Of a DNA stretch of 37,652 bases, positions 1 to 8,075 are shown piece after piece; the first letter of the stretch is position 1, and the number at the start of each line of letters is the position of its first letter. The notes beneath the pieces are model-generated. The model was not told the DNA's origin and searched no databases. It was given only the letters and a program-made list of their open reading frames with translations. Made by a program: the position numbers and the translations under genes. Where the stretch lies: the NCBI GenBank assembly GCA_947487325.1, contig CANKWG010000001.1, positions 1-37,652 on the forward strand. Reading direction: 5' to 3'. This stretch comes from Oxalobacteraceae bacterium (GTDB lineage: Bacteria; Pseudomonadota; Gammaproteobacteria; Burkholderiales; Burkholderiaceae_D).

Positions 1-740
1 CCGTGTCCTGACCGCTGCCTCTTCCAAACAAATACAGGTCGTTGCCCTCACCGCCAAAAAGTGAATCATTACCGACACCCCCATCAAGGATGTCGTTGCC
101 ATTGTCGCCATAGAGAGTGTCATTACCCGCGCCACCGTTGATTACGTCGTTTCCATTGCTTCCGGCAAGATAGTCGTTGCCGTTATCGCCATTAAGGACG
201 TCGTCGCCGGCTTCACCTACCAGCGTGTCATTGCCATCACCGCCGTTGATGGTGTCTGCCGTTGCATAACCACGCAGAATGTCGTTACCAGTGGTGGGCA
301 GCAGGGCTAAGGCTTTGACGGTATCAACGCCCCATACCGTGCCGTCAGCAAAACGAATTTCTTCAACCCTGTAGGTGTTAGCACCATCATTTTGGAAATA
401 ACTATAGATGGTCAGCTTGTCAGCCGTGCCTTTGATGCTCAGCACTAAATTATTCTCTGTATTGCTAATGACTACATCGGTACTCGCAATGTCCGCCGCA
501 AACTGAACCACATCGACCTTGTTCAACGCAGTATCAAAGTTCAATACCATATCTTGACCGCTGCCACGCCCGAACAGATACACATCATTTCCCTCGCCGC
601 CCAACAGCGAGTCATTACCTGCACCCCCATCAAGGATATCGTTACCGTTCTCCCCGCGAAGCGTATCGTTTCCTGCTAACCCGACAATAATGTCATCAGA
701 TTTACCAGCACTGATTGATTCAGCGCCTGCAGTTCCCAAT
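1..740 (-). repeat. RTX nonapeptide repeats plus a ~546-nt (182-aa) module repeat
   Basis: NDILDGG(A/V)GNDSL(L/F)GGEGND(V/L)[10 protein letters not shown] occurs twice. The equivalent 'accgctg' starts at 11 and 557. Confidence 0.85.
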
Positions 741-2902
741 CTGATTTCCGGGATGCCGTTACTGCTTTCGGCATAAGCTATAGCAAGGCTCGATTTCAAT
801 TGATCGAGCTGCCCCTTTGAAGCGATATCTGAAGCCCAGACTACTAGCTTGGCAGCACCTTGCCAGCCCATTTTGCTTAGGGGATCAATACATTTTTGCA
901 GATCCAGGCAATCGATAAAGGTCCCTATAGGATCGTTTTTATAAGCGCTGTCGAGTTTCGCATCAAGCGCTGTGAAATCCATCGAAATGCCAGTGGTACC
1001 GATATTCAGACTGACAGCATCAAGATAGCTCTTAAGACGCGTCTGGCCGACCAGGTCGCCGTAGATGGATTCCTTCAAAGTTGCATAGCTCCGCCGAAGT
1101 AAATCAACCTGACCCGGCCATAAGGATGACACCACCACGACCGAAGAAATTGCCAATGTCGCCGCAGTTGCGCTATTGCCATCTGCACTGGTAGCACTTG
1201 CTCGCAGCGCCGGAAACGAAGTCTGGTTGCCCCCAGCACCGGAAAAATCAAGGAAAGTCTGACCATTGAATGCTTCCAGCACGCCAATCATCTTGCCGAC
1301 TTCGGTTACTTTTGCATGGACAATGTTATAGCGCTCTTCGGTGACCCCCAACTCCCTCAGTATCTGCGTACTATTTGAGCCGGGCTGCGCGATCAACTGG
1401 ATAGCCTTCATTTCCGCATTGGTCACCTCCGGTAAGCCAAACAATAACGTTACGCCCATTTCAGCAGCACGCTGCTGCGAGGTTTTGAAATTGGCTGTTG
1501 CCGCCCAGTCCTGCAACAGTGGATCAAGCTGATGCATCATCTCCCCGCGCGACGGGCCCACTAAGTCGTTGACTGTCTGAATCAGCGCAGCATTAATACT
1601 GGCTGCCTCACGAAGATCGCGCACCACACCTGATCCACGCAGATTGGTAAGACGAGCTGCCTCAGTCGTCAGCGAAACGCTGTCGACAAACTCTCGATAA
1701 AAAGGATTATTAGCAAAGTTAAGATTGGAGGCGGTTCCCATACTGCCATCCGTGCGCGTGAAGTTTGCTATGTCAGTCTGAACATTGCCATTACCGAAAT
1801 TACGTGTGTTAGCCGCGCTGTTCAGGTTAATGCTAGCAATCCCTGCCTCTGCAAGAAATTGCAACTCACCTTTGTCACTGATGCCGTCCTGATCAAGATC
1901 GCGCCATATCTGGACTTGCGCGTATCTCGAATCAGCATTATTGAAAATACCGTCTTGATTGGTATCAAGATCGGCTAACGCTTTGAAACCTGTCGTCGCT
2001 TTCTGACCATTAGACAACACAGTATCGACACCGAATAGCTCACCGCCATTATCGATACTGCCATTACCGTTTCTATCCAACACCACAATCGCATCGTCGC
2101 CTTTGATCCAGCCGGTACCGGCTCGGATGCCATCACCGTTGTGGTCAAACAGGACTTGCTTTTCTGCAGTGATGCCGGTGGTTTCGATGCCGTCGCCGTC
2201 CAGGTCAAGCACCAAGGGCTCAATAAAGGTCTGCGGAATAGCCTGAAGAAAAAGACTATTTACGGCACGCGAAATACCATCAAAAAATGCATCCCAAAAC
2301 AAGGGGGATTTGTCGAGCGACCAGCCTAGATGAGGCGCAACGAACTCTTCCCAAAAATAATGTGCGAAAGCGCCTACTGTACATACAGAAAGAACTCCTG
2401 CGGTTAGTCCGCCTCCAATCGAGGCCACGACGGCACCTCCAATTATGCCTCCCACTATCCTTGATAGCTCGCCACCAATCTCATAAGCTTTGCCCTCCGG
2501 GGAACGAATTTGTGCAATAAGCTCTAACCCAGCCATCAATCCGCCTAAATTTTTTCCTAGCGCAGCGACATTTTGTGCAAAATTCCCTGTTTGTTTTGCA
2601 GTCATAAAAAACGAATCTGCTTGGCCTAGAGCTGTTTTCGCAGCTTCAACTCGAGCAACCATTTGTGAATCTAGCTGCACCTGAGTTTTTATTTGATCAA
2701 GTTCACTAATTACCTTGGATCCAAGTTCGTCTAAATATCGCGCTGATTCAGCAGCTTTAGCTGCGCGCTCTAAAGCATTTACCCCCTGCTCCTTTATTAG
2801 ATTGGCGTGGTCTTGTACTTGAAGTGCCATATTTTTCAGCATTACAGATATAGATTGTCCGAAAAATTCTTGAAACCCATCATCCACTGAAAATTTAACC
2901 AT
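1..2902 (-). CDS. FrpC/FrpA-like RTX calcium-binding protein with self-processing module (3' end beyond window; at least 967 codons)
   Basis: Manual translation from ATG 2902 (GGAG at 2911-2914, 8 nt upstream): [14 protein letters not shown]...[15 protein letters not shown]...[28 protein letters not shown]...[15 protein letters not shown]...[15 protein letters not shown]. This is followed by GGxGxDxL nonapeptides ([17 protein letters not shown]). The same frame gives GSGQDT at the window edge. Missing from the ORF track, consistent with no stop inside the window. Confidence 0.93.
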   Translation of the reverse strand, partial: MVKFSVDDGFQEFFGQSISVMLKNMALQVQDHANLIKEQGVNALERAAKAAESARYLDELGSKVISELDQIKTQVQLDSQMVARVEAAKTALGQADSFFMTAKQTGNFAQNVAALGKNLGGLMAGLELIAQIRSPEGKAYEIGGELSRIVGGIIGGAVVASIGGGLTAGVLSVCTVGAFAHYFWEEFVAPHLGWSLDKSPLFWDAFFDGISRAVNSLFLQAIPQTFIEPLVLDLDGDGIETTGITAEKQVLFDHNGDGIRAGTGWIKGDDAIVVLDRNGNGSIDNGGELFGVDTVLSNGQKATTGFKALADLDTNQDGIFNNADSRYAQVQIWRDLDQDGISDKGELQFLAEAGIASINLNSAANTRNFGNGNVQTDIANFTRTDGSMGTASNLNFANNPFYREFVDSVSLTTEAARLTNLRGSGVVRDLREAASINAALIQTVNDLVGPSRGEMMHQLDPLLQDWAATANFKTSQQRAAEMGVTLLFGLPEVTNAEMKAIQLIAQPGSNSTQILRELGVTEERYNIVHAKVTEVGKMIGVLEAFNGQTFLDFSGAGGNQTSFPALRASATSADGNSATAATLAISSVVVVSSLWPGQVDLLRRSYATLKESIYGDLVGQTRLKSYLDAVSLNIGTTGISMDFTALDAKLDSAYKNDPIGTFIDCLDLQKCIDPLSKMGWQGAAKLVVWASDIASKGQLDQLKSSLAIAYAESSNGIPEIRLGTAGAESISAGKSDDIIVGLAGNDTLRGENGNDILDGGAGNDSLLGGEGNDVYLFGRGSGQDMVLNFDTALNKVDVVQFAADIASTDVVISNTENNLVLSIKGTADKLTIYSYFQNDGANTYRVEEIRFADGTVWGVDTVKALALLPTTGNDILRGYATADTINGGDGNDTLVGEAGDDVLNGDNGNDYLAGSNGNDVINGGAGNDTLYGDNGNDILDGGVGNDSLFGGEGNDLYLFGRGSGQDT
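1690..2221 (-). other. Self-processing module (SPM, FrpC 'clip-and-link' type) within the RTX protein
   Basis: [14 protein letters not shown]...[15 protein letters not shown]...DLDTNQDG...[11 protein letters not shown]...GNGNVQ...NPFYREF is colinear with the Neisseria FrpC SPM ([14 protein letters not shown]...), including its Ca-binding DxDxDG loops. Left boundary approximate. Confidence 0.88.
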
Positions 2903-3470
2903 TTTTTTCACTCCAAAATTTAAATAAAACTAAAAAAATTATAAGTAATAAACATATTGTTACTGCTGGAGCCATCGAGAAAACAATCGGCCCTAACAAC
3001 CCAAGAAAAAATTTAGACGTTAGAAATGGGGCGATAGCAAATTCAGTGCCTTTTGCGAAAAATACAAAAACTGTAAAAATAATTGGAATAATTATTATTA
3101 GGCTATGCACAAGTATTAGCTTAGCTTTTGATTTTTTTATTATTAACAACATCCGCTTTTGCGACTCATTGAAGTCAGGGCATTTCATATAAATCGCAAT
3201 GAGGATTGGCATGAAAAACACCATTACTGCCGCCTGCAGTCGGACCAATTCCGGTATGTTTGACCTTACGGAAAAATTTCTACCCATAGGAATGACATTC
3301 AATACACCATCCACGATGCTTGCGATAAATGTCCCAGATGAAATCTGATCAATAGGCGCCAACAAAGCGATCGCCATACCGGTCACATGCATGAAAATCA
3401 CTATTTTCTGGCGATAAAGCCATACAAGGTCACTTTCACTGATGTCTGTATTTTCACGAGACACGTTCAC
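2895..3470 (-). CDS. Multi-TM membrane protein, paralog 3 of tandem array (putative cognate immunity protein)
   Basis: 191-aa ORF with about 4 hydrophobic segments. Shares [21 protein letters not shown], APFLxSxFFLG and KFW with its neighbours. Stop overlaps the RTX start by 8 nt. True start may be GTG 3464. Immunity role is inference. Confidence 0.8.
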   Translation of the reverse strand: MNVSRENTDISESDLVWLYRQKIVIFMHVTGMAIALLAPIDQISSGTFIASIVDGVLNVIPMGRNFSVRSNIPELVRLQAAVMVFFMPILIAIYMKCPDFNESQKRMLLIIKKSKAKLILVHSLIIIIPIIFTVFVFFAKGTEFAIAPFLTSKFFLGLLGPIVFSMAPAVTICLLLIIFLVLFKFWSEKNG

Positions 3471-4019
3471 TCCTCCAGAATTTATTCAAAACATCAAGAA
3501 CAACGAAAAACAAGCAAATCATTGAGGCTGGGACTACACAAAAAACAATTGGGCCAATCGAACCAAGAAAAAACCTCGAAGTTAAGAACGGTGCGCTCTT
3601 AAAATCCGTACCCTCGACAATAAATAGATAATTTATTCCACCAAAAAAAATAAAAAACGGAATGAAATGAATCAGAAGAAATTTCCCTTTTGATGATTTT
3701 GTTAATTGCAACAATCTTTTTTTTGTTTCATGCAATTCAGGGAGTTTGAAGTGCAATGCAATTAGTGACGGAATAAAAAAAACATGGCTACCGAATGAAT
3801 TTTCACCAATTCAGGAAAACTTGATTTGACCGAAAAGTTTCTACCCATTGGGATGACACTCAGCACGCCATCCACTACATGACCAAGAAAAGCAGATGAT
3901 GAAATTGCATCGATGGGTACTAGCAATGCAATTGCCATACTAATTAAATGCATTGCAATCACAGTCTTCTGGCGATACAGCCAGACTATGTCGGCAACAC
4001 CATTTGTTGAATTCTTCAT
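3454..4019 (-). pseudogene. Paralog 2 of membrane protein array, split by a 1-nt deletion in a T8 tract
   Basis: ORFs 3762-4019 and 3454-3756 match the N- and C-halves of the neighbouring paralogs. One extra T in the run at 3775-3782 gives MFFFIPSLIALHFKLPELHETKKR and a 188-aa protein colinear with them. Confidence 0.85.
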
Positions 4020-4072
4020 GATAAAAAAGATTAAATTTTTAATAGCCGTTTTAGAGAAATTAATGAGCTAAA

Positions 4073-4678
4073 TTATCGGTTCAAAAAAATCCCTCTCCAA
4101 AATTTGAACAACACAATAAAAGTTACAAAAATCCCGCAGATCATTCCACTTGGAGCTAAGCAAAAAATAATTGGGCCAAATACCCCAAGAAAAAATCTAG
4201 ATGACAAGAAGGGGGCTACCGCAAACTCCGTCCCCTCTACCCAAAAGATATGGCTCAATAAACAACCGATAGCAAAAAATGGAAGGAAATGGATTAACAA
4301 TGATTTAGTTTTAGAAGATTTCATAATCCTAAGCATTCTTATTTTTGTCTCCACAAACTCTGGAGAACTTAAATAGAGAGAAAGAATTGCCGGTATAAAA
4401 AAAGTCATTACTGCCGCTTGCAATCGAACCAACTCTGGAAATGTAGAGCGAACCGAAAAATTTCGTCCCATTGGAATGACATTCAACACTCCATCCACAA
4501 CGCGCTCGATAAATGTTCCGGATGAAATCTCTTCGATAGGTGTGAGTAGGGCGATCGCCATACCCACTAAGTGCATGAAAATTACCGTCTTCTGGCGATA
4601 CAACCAGACCAAATCGTTGACGCTAGCATTTAAATTTTTTATTCTTGTATCAGTGGCACTAGTAATCAAATTTTTCAT
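4073..4678 (-). CDS. Multi-TM membrane protein, paralog 1 of tandem array
   Basis: ORF 4073-4684. ATG 4678 (MKN..., as in paralog 2) is the preferred start. Same conserved motifs as paralogs 2 and 3. Confidence 0.82.
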   Translation of the reverse strand: MKNLITSATDTRIKNLNASVNDLVWLYRQKTVIFMHLVGMAIALLTPIEEISSGTFIERVVDGVLNVIPMGRNFSVRSTFPELVRLQAAVMTFFIPAILSLYLSSPEFVETKIRMLRIMKSSKTKSLLIHFLPFFAIGCLLSHIFWVEGTEFAVAPFLSSRFFLGVFGPIIFCLAPSGMICGIFVTFIVLFKFWRGIFLNR

Positions 4679-4702
4679 GAACAATCCGTAGTTGAGAAGT
4701 AG

Positions 4703-4981
4703 TTACCAAAATAAACTGAGCATCCAAACGACCGCACCAAATACTGAGCTCAAAATCAAGTAATTCACCGTAATGAAAATTACAAAGTACAAAACCAATG
4801 TGAAGGTGTTTTTAAAGATCAGCGTGATCAGCATTCCGGAAAGATTGTTTTCATTGGCCTGAATTCCGGCCAGGCTATACAAAATCAGCATCGGAAAAAT
4901 GCCCATCGTCAGGACGAGACAAATAGCCTGACCAAAAGAATCTTTTAGTGAATCCAGTTTTTCTCTGAGCGGTAAAAGCAC
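4703..4981 (-). CDS. Small hydrophobic membrane protein or 5'-truncated relic
   Basis: 92-aa ORF with GTG start preceded by AAGGA, 2-3 TM-like stretches, ending SLFW. AT-rich like the array. Confidence 0.5.
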   Translation of the reverse strand: MLLPLREKLDSLKDSFGQAICLVLTMGIFPMLILYSLAGIQANENNLSGMLITLIFKNTFTLVLYFVIFITVNYLILSSVFGAVVWMLSLFW

Positions 4982-5053
4982 TTTTTTCCTTAACAGTTTT
5001 TAGATCATAAAGATCCAAGGTTCACATTCGCAAGTTGATCAGGGTTCAATCAC

Positions 5054-7210
5054 TCATATGTAAATCTCGTCATTCCCCGCACCTGTGACTCCAATACTCC
5101 TCAGGGGATTTGAACCAAGCTCGATCACTTCATCGACATTTAATGCGCGTGGTATTTGGTGTGTGATGAAAAGCAGGGTCACGCGGCCCTTTAATTTGTT
5201 GATTGTTTTGGCGAACTGTTCAGCAGTCTGCTGATCGAGATTCGAAACCGCCTCATCAAACACCAGGATCTGCGCTCGCTTGAGTAATGCCCGTGCAATG
5301 GCGATTCGCTGGCGCTGCCCACCGGACAAGCCTGTGCCGCGCTCGCCGATCAGGGTCTGGTAACCGTTGGGCAGGCGTTCAATGTCGTCATGGATTTCTG
5401 CTGCTTTGCAAGCACGGAGGACGTCATCGAAACTGGCATGGGGATGCGCCATGATGAGGTTGTCGTAGAGCGTGCCGGAGAAGAGCACGGTTTCTTGCGG
5501 TACCACGCCAAAGGTGGCTCTCAGCTCGTTGGTGGCGAGATGGCGAATGTCTTTGCCATCCATGAGGATTCGACCTTCGGTGGGCTGATAGAACCCCAGC
5601 AGTAGTTTAGCCAGCGTGCTCTTGCCGCAACCTGAGGCACCCATCAGTACCGTCAGGCGACCTGGCTTGAATGTGAGGTTGAGTTCTCGGTACAAGTAAG
5701 GGTGATGTTCAGAGTAGCGAAACGCGAGCTCCTGCAATTCAATTCGTCCGCCGCCTTGAGGCTCTCTTGAAGGTATCAAGGTGTGCGACTCCTGAGGGAC
5801 ATCGAGGATGTCACCCAGCCGTTTGACGGCGATGTCGGCTTGCTGGAACTCCTGCCACAAGCCCACCATCCTGAGCAAGGGTTGGCTCATGCGCCCTACA
5901 AACATTTGAAACGCGACCAACATGCCGACGGTGAACCCGTCGTTGTTCATCACGAGCAGGGCACCCACCATCAGGATTGCGAGCGTCATGATTTGCTCGA
6001 GACCGTTGCTGATTACGCTATAGGTATTGCTGACTTGTCGGGTCGAGAATCCCGCGGCAAGGTAGCTGGCCAGATTGTCGGCGTATTTTTTTTCTACATC
6101 GGCTTCCATCTGCAGGGATTTCACGGTGGCCATGCCCGCGACATACTCCGTCAGGAATGCCTGATTGTGCGCACCCAACATGAACTGCCGGTCCAGTTTG
6201 CGGCGCAAGGTAGGTACCACCAGTGCACTGACGATAGCGATTGCAGCCAACAGACCCACGGCAATCAATGACAGCTGCCAGCTGTAGGCAAACATCACTG
6301 CTAGAAATATCAACAGGAAGGGCAGATCAAGGACGAGGGTTACCGCAGCGCCCGAGATGAATTCGCGAATGGTCTCGACCCCGTGTAATCGCGCTACGAG
6401 CGTACCTGTCGGGCGCTGTTCAAAGTAAGGCAAGGGCAGGCGCAACAGGTGACGAAAGACCTGAGCGCCGAGGACTGCATCGATGCGGTTTCCCGTGTGC
6501 AGCACCAGATATTGACGTAACCAGGTCATGCTGCTGGTGAAGAGCAAGAACATGATCAGGGCGATACCGACGGCGATCAGCGTACTTTGCGTTTGATGAA
6601 CGATGACCTTATCGATGATCACTTGCGTGAATAGCGGCGTCGCCAGACCCACCAACTGTATGCCCAAGCTGGCTAAGATGATGTCTCGCCAGATGCGCTT
6701 GTGCTTGAGTAGTTCTGGAATGAACCAGCGAAAGCCGAAAGCGGCTTTCTTGATCTCGAAACCGGGAATGCTTTCCTCGATCGTCTCGCTACCGCGCGCG
6801 ACGAGAATGAGTTCCGGTGCTAATACGAGTTTCGCTTCAATGACGGTAATCGTTTCCGGCACCGTCGTGTCAGCGCGAAGGTAAAGCAGTTTGTTCGCAT
6901 CACCCTTTAGAAGCAGCACCGGGATGCGTCGCTCTGAAGCTTGGCTTGCGCCATCGGTCTTTGTCTCGCACACCTCAGGCAGGAAGGCGATGGCGGGGTA
7001 AGGAAATTTTTCCCAGTCGGCTGGGTGATGAACATCTCCAGTCTTGAAATCTAAAGCGCGCGCTGCTTCATGCAAGCTGGCAAGATTATGCGGCGGTGGG
7101 AAATCGCGCTCGATGAGTTTTGCATCGAAGGGGGTGCGATACAGCGCACACAAACTGCCGAGAAGCCAAAGTAGTTCGTCGAAGGTGAACGTGATGTCAG
7201 AAGCGCGCAT
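5054..7210 (-). CDS. Type I secretion ABC transporter, HlyB family (C39-like domain + TMD + NBD)
   Basis: FGFRWFIPELLKHKRIW, PLFTQVIIDKV, Walker A GASGCGKST, LSGGQRQR and Walker B ILVFDEA. No C39 catalytic Cys motif seen at the N-terminus. ATG 7210 preferred over TTG 7216. Confidence 0.93.
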   Translation of the reverse strand: MRASDITFTFDELLWLLGSLCALYRTPFDAKLIERDFPPPHNLASLHEAARALDFKTGDVHHPADWEKFPYPAIAFLPEVCETKTDGASQASERRIPVLLLKGDANKLLYLRADTTVPETITVIEAKLVLAPELILVARGSETIEESIPGFEIKKAAFGFRWFIPELLKHKRIWRDIILASLGIQLVGLATPLFTQVIIDKVIVHQTQSTLIAVGIALIMFLLFTSSMTWLRQYLVLHTGNRIDAVLGAQVFRHLLRLPLPYFEQRPTGTLVARLHGVETIREFISGAAVTLVLDLPFLLIFLAVMFAYSWQLSLIAVGLLAAIAIVSALVVPTLRRKLDRQFMLGAHNQAFLTEYVAGMATVKSLQMEADVEKKYADNLASYLAAGFSTRQVSNTYSVISNGLEQIMTLAILMVGALLVMNNDGFTVGMLVAFQMFVGRMSQPLLRMVGLWQEFQQADIAVKRLGDILDVPQESHTLIPSREPQGGGRIELQELAFRYSEHHPYLYRELNLTFKPGRLTVLMGASGCGKSTLAKLLLGFYQPTEGRILMDGKDIRHLATNELRATFGVVPQETVLFSGTLYDNLIMAHPHASFDDVLRACKAAEIHDDIERLPNGYQTLIGERGTGLSGGQRQRIAIARALLKRAQILVFDEAVSNLDQQTAEQFAKTINKLKGRVTLLFITHQIPRALNVDEVIELGSNPLRSIGVTGAGNDEIYI

Positions 7211-7239
7211 CGCCAAACTTGTCTTTATGAAAAGCTGGC

Positions 7240-7268
7240 ATTCTCATTGGACAATCTTGCTAAGTCAA
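7240..7268 (-). promoter_or_regulatory. Putative sigma70 promoter for the T1SS/RTX locus
   Basis: Minus strand TTGACT (7268-7263), 17-nt spacer, GAGAAT (7245-7240), about 30 nt upstream of ATG 7210. Confidence 0.4.
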
Positions 7269-7408
7269 CAATGTTTCTTGTTTATCGTAATTGTTATTAA
7301 CAGGCGTCCGGTTGTTAGTCTTTGTATTTGATTTTCTTCTGACTTGATTGATGACGATGGCTTGATAATCGGTCAATCAATACAATTTTTTGTTGCGCCT
7401 GCGATGGT

Positions 7409-7445
7409 AAAAAAAAAGCGCCTCAAATTATCGAGGCGCTTTTTT
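7409..7445. terminator. Intrinsic terminator (bidirectional type) downstream of sco
   Basis: A9-GCGCCTC-8 nt loop-GAGGCGC-T6. Confidence 0.85.
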
Positions 7446-7464
7446 CATGGGCATTCAATGACGA

Positions 7465-8073
7465 CTAACTTTCAGACAGAAGCAATTTCAAGTCATTCAG
7501 CAGCGGCGCACCATTCTGCCCATGTCGTACAAACAGCCGCAGATGACCACGCGTATCGAACACATAACTGGCCGCAGTGTGATCGATGGTGTAGCTCTTG
7601 CCATCCGGACCTGACACACGCTGCTGGAAGATTTTGAAATCGCGTGCGACTTTTTCGGTAGCAGCCCGGTCGCCGTAAAGACCTAAAAATCCGGGATGAA
7701 ATGCAGGCACGTACCCGGCCATCACCTCAGGCGTATCGCGCTCGGGATCGAGAGTGATGAACAAGACCTGTAGTTTGTCGGCATCCGGCCCCAACGATTT
7801 CATGATGCCGGCCATGTCGGACAAGGTGGTCGGGCAGATATCCGGACAGTGTGTGTAACCGAAAAAAACAAACACGAGCTTGCCGCGAAAATCTGCAATC
7901 GTGCGCGGCTTGCCGTTGTGGTCGGTGAGCGAAAAATCCTTGCCGTAGTCGAGGCCCGTGACATCCGTACTGGCAAACGCCGTTTTAGGCAGCGGCACAC
8001 TTTTCTGATCGCAGGAAAACAAGGCCAGCACACAGGCCAAGGCACAGAGTCGCAGAAGCATCTGCTTGTACAT
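7465..8073 (-). CDS. SCO1/SenC family copper chaperone (probable lipoprotein)
   Basis: FGYTHCPDICP (CxxxC) and DHTA His ligand. LFSC lipobox-like signal. Confidence 0.93.
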   Translation of the reverse strand: MYKQMLLRLCALACVLALFSCDQKSVPLPKTAFASTDVTGLDYGKDFSLTDHNGKPRTIADFRGKLVFVFFGYTHCPDICPTTLSDMAGIMKSLGPDADKLQVLFITLDPERDTPEVMAGYVPAFHPGFLGLYGDRAATEKVARDFKIFQQRVSGPDGKSYTIDHTAASYVFDTRGHLRLFVRHGQNGAPLLNDLKLLLSES

Positions 8074-8075
8074 GA

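Noticed and set aside
896-2684. Seven short ORF-track entries in the left region
   Set aside because: All lie inside the long minus-strand RTX frame, on the opposite strand or in another frame.
7280-7300. Fur-box-like sequence upstream of the transporter (FrpC is iron-regulated)
   Set aside because: Only about 12/19 match by hand in AT-rich DNA; not distinguishable from chance.
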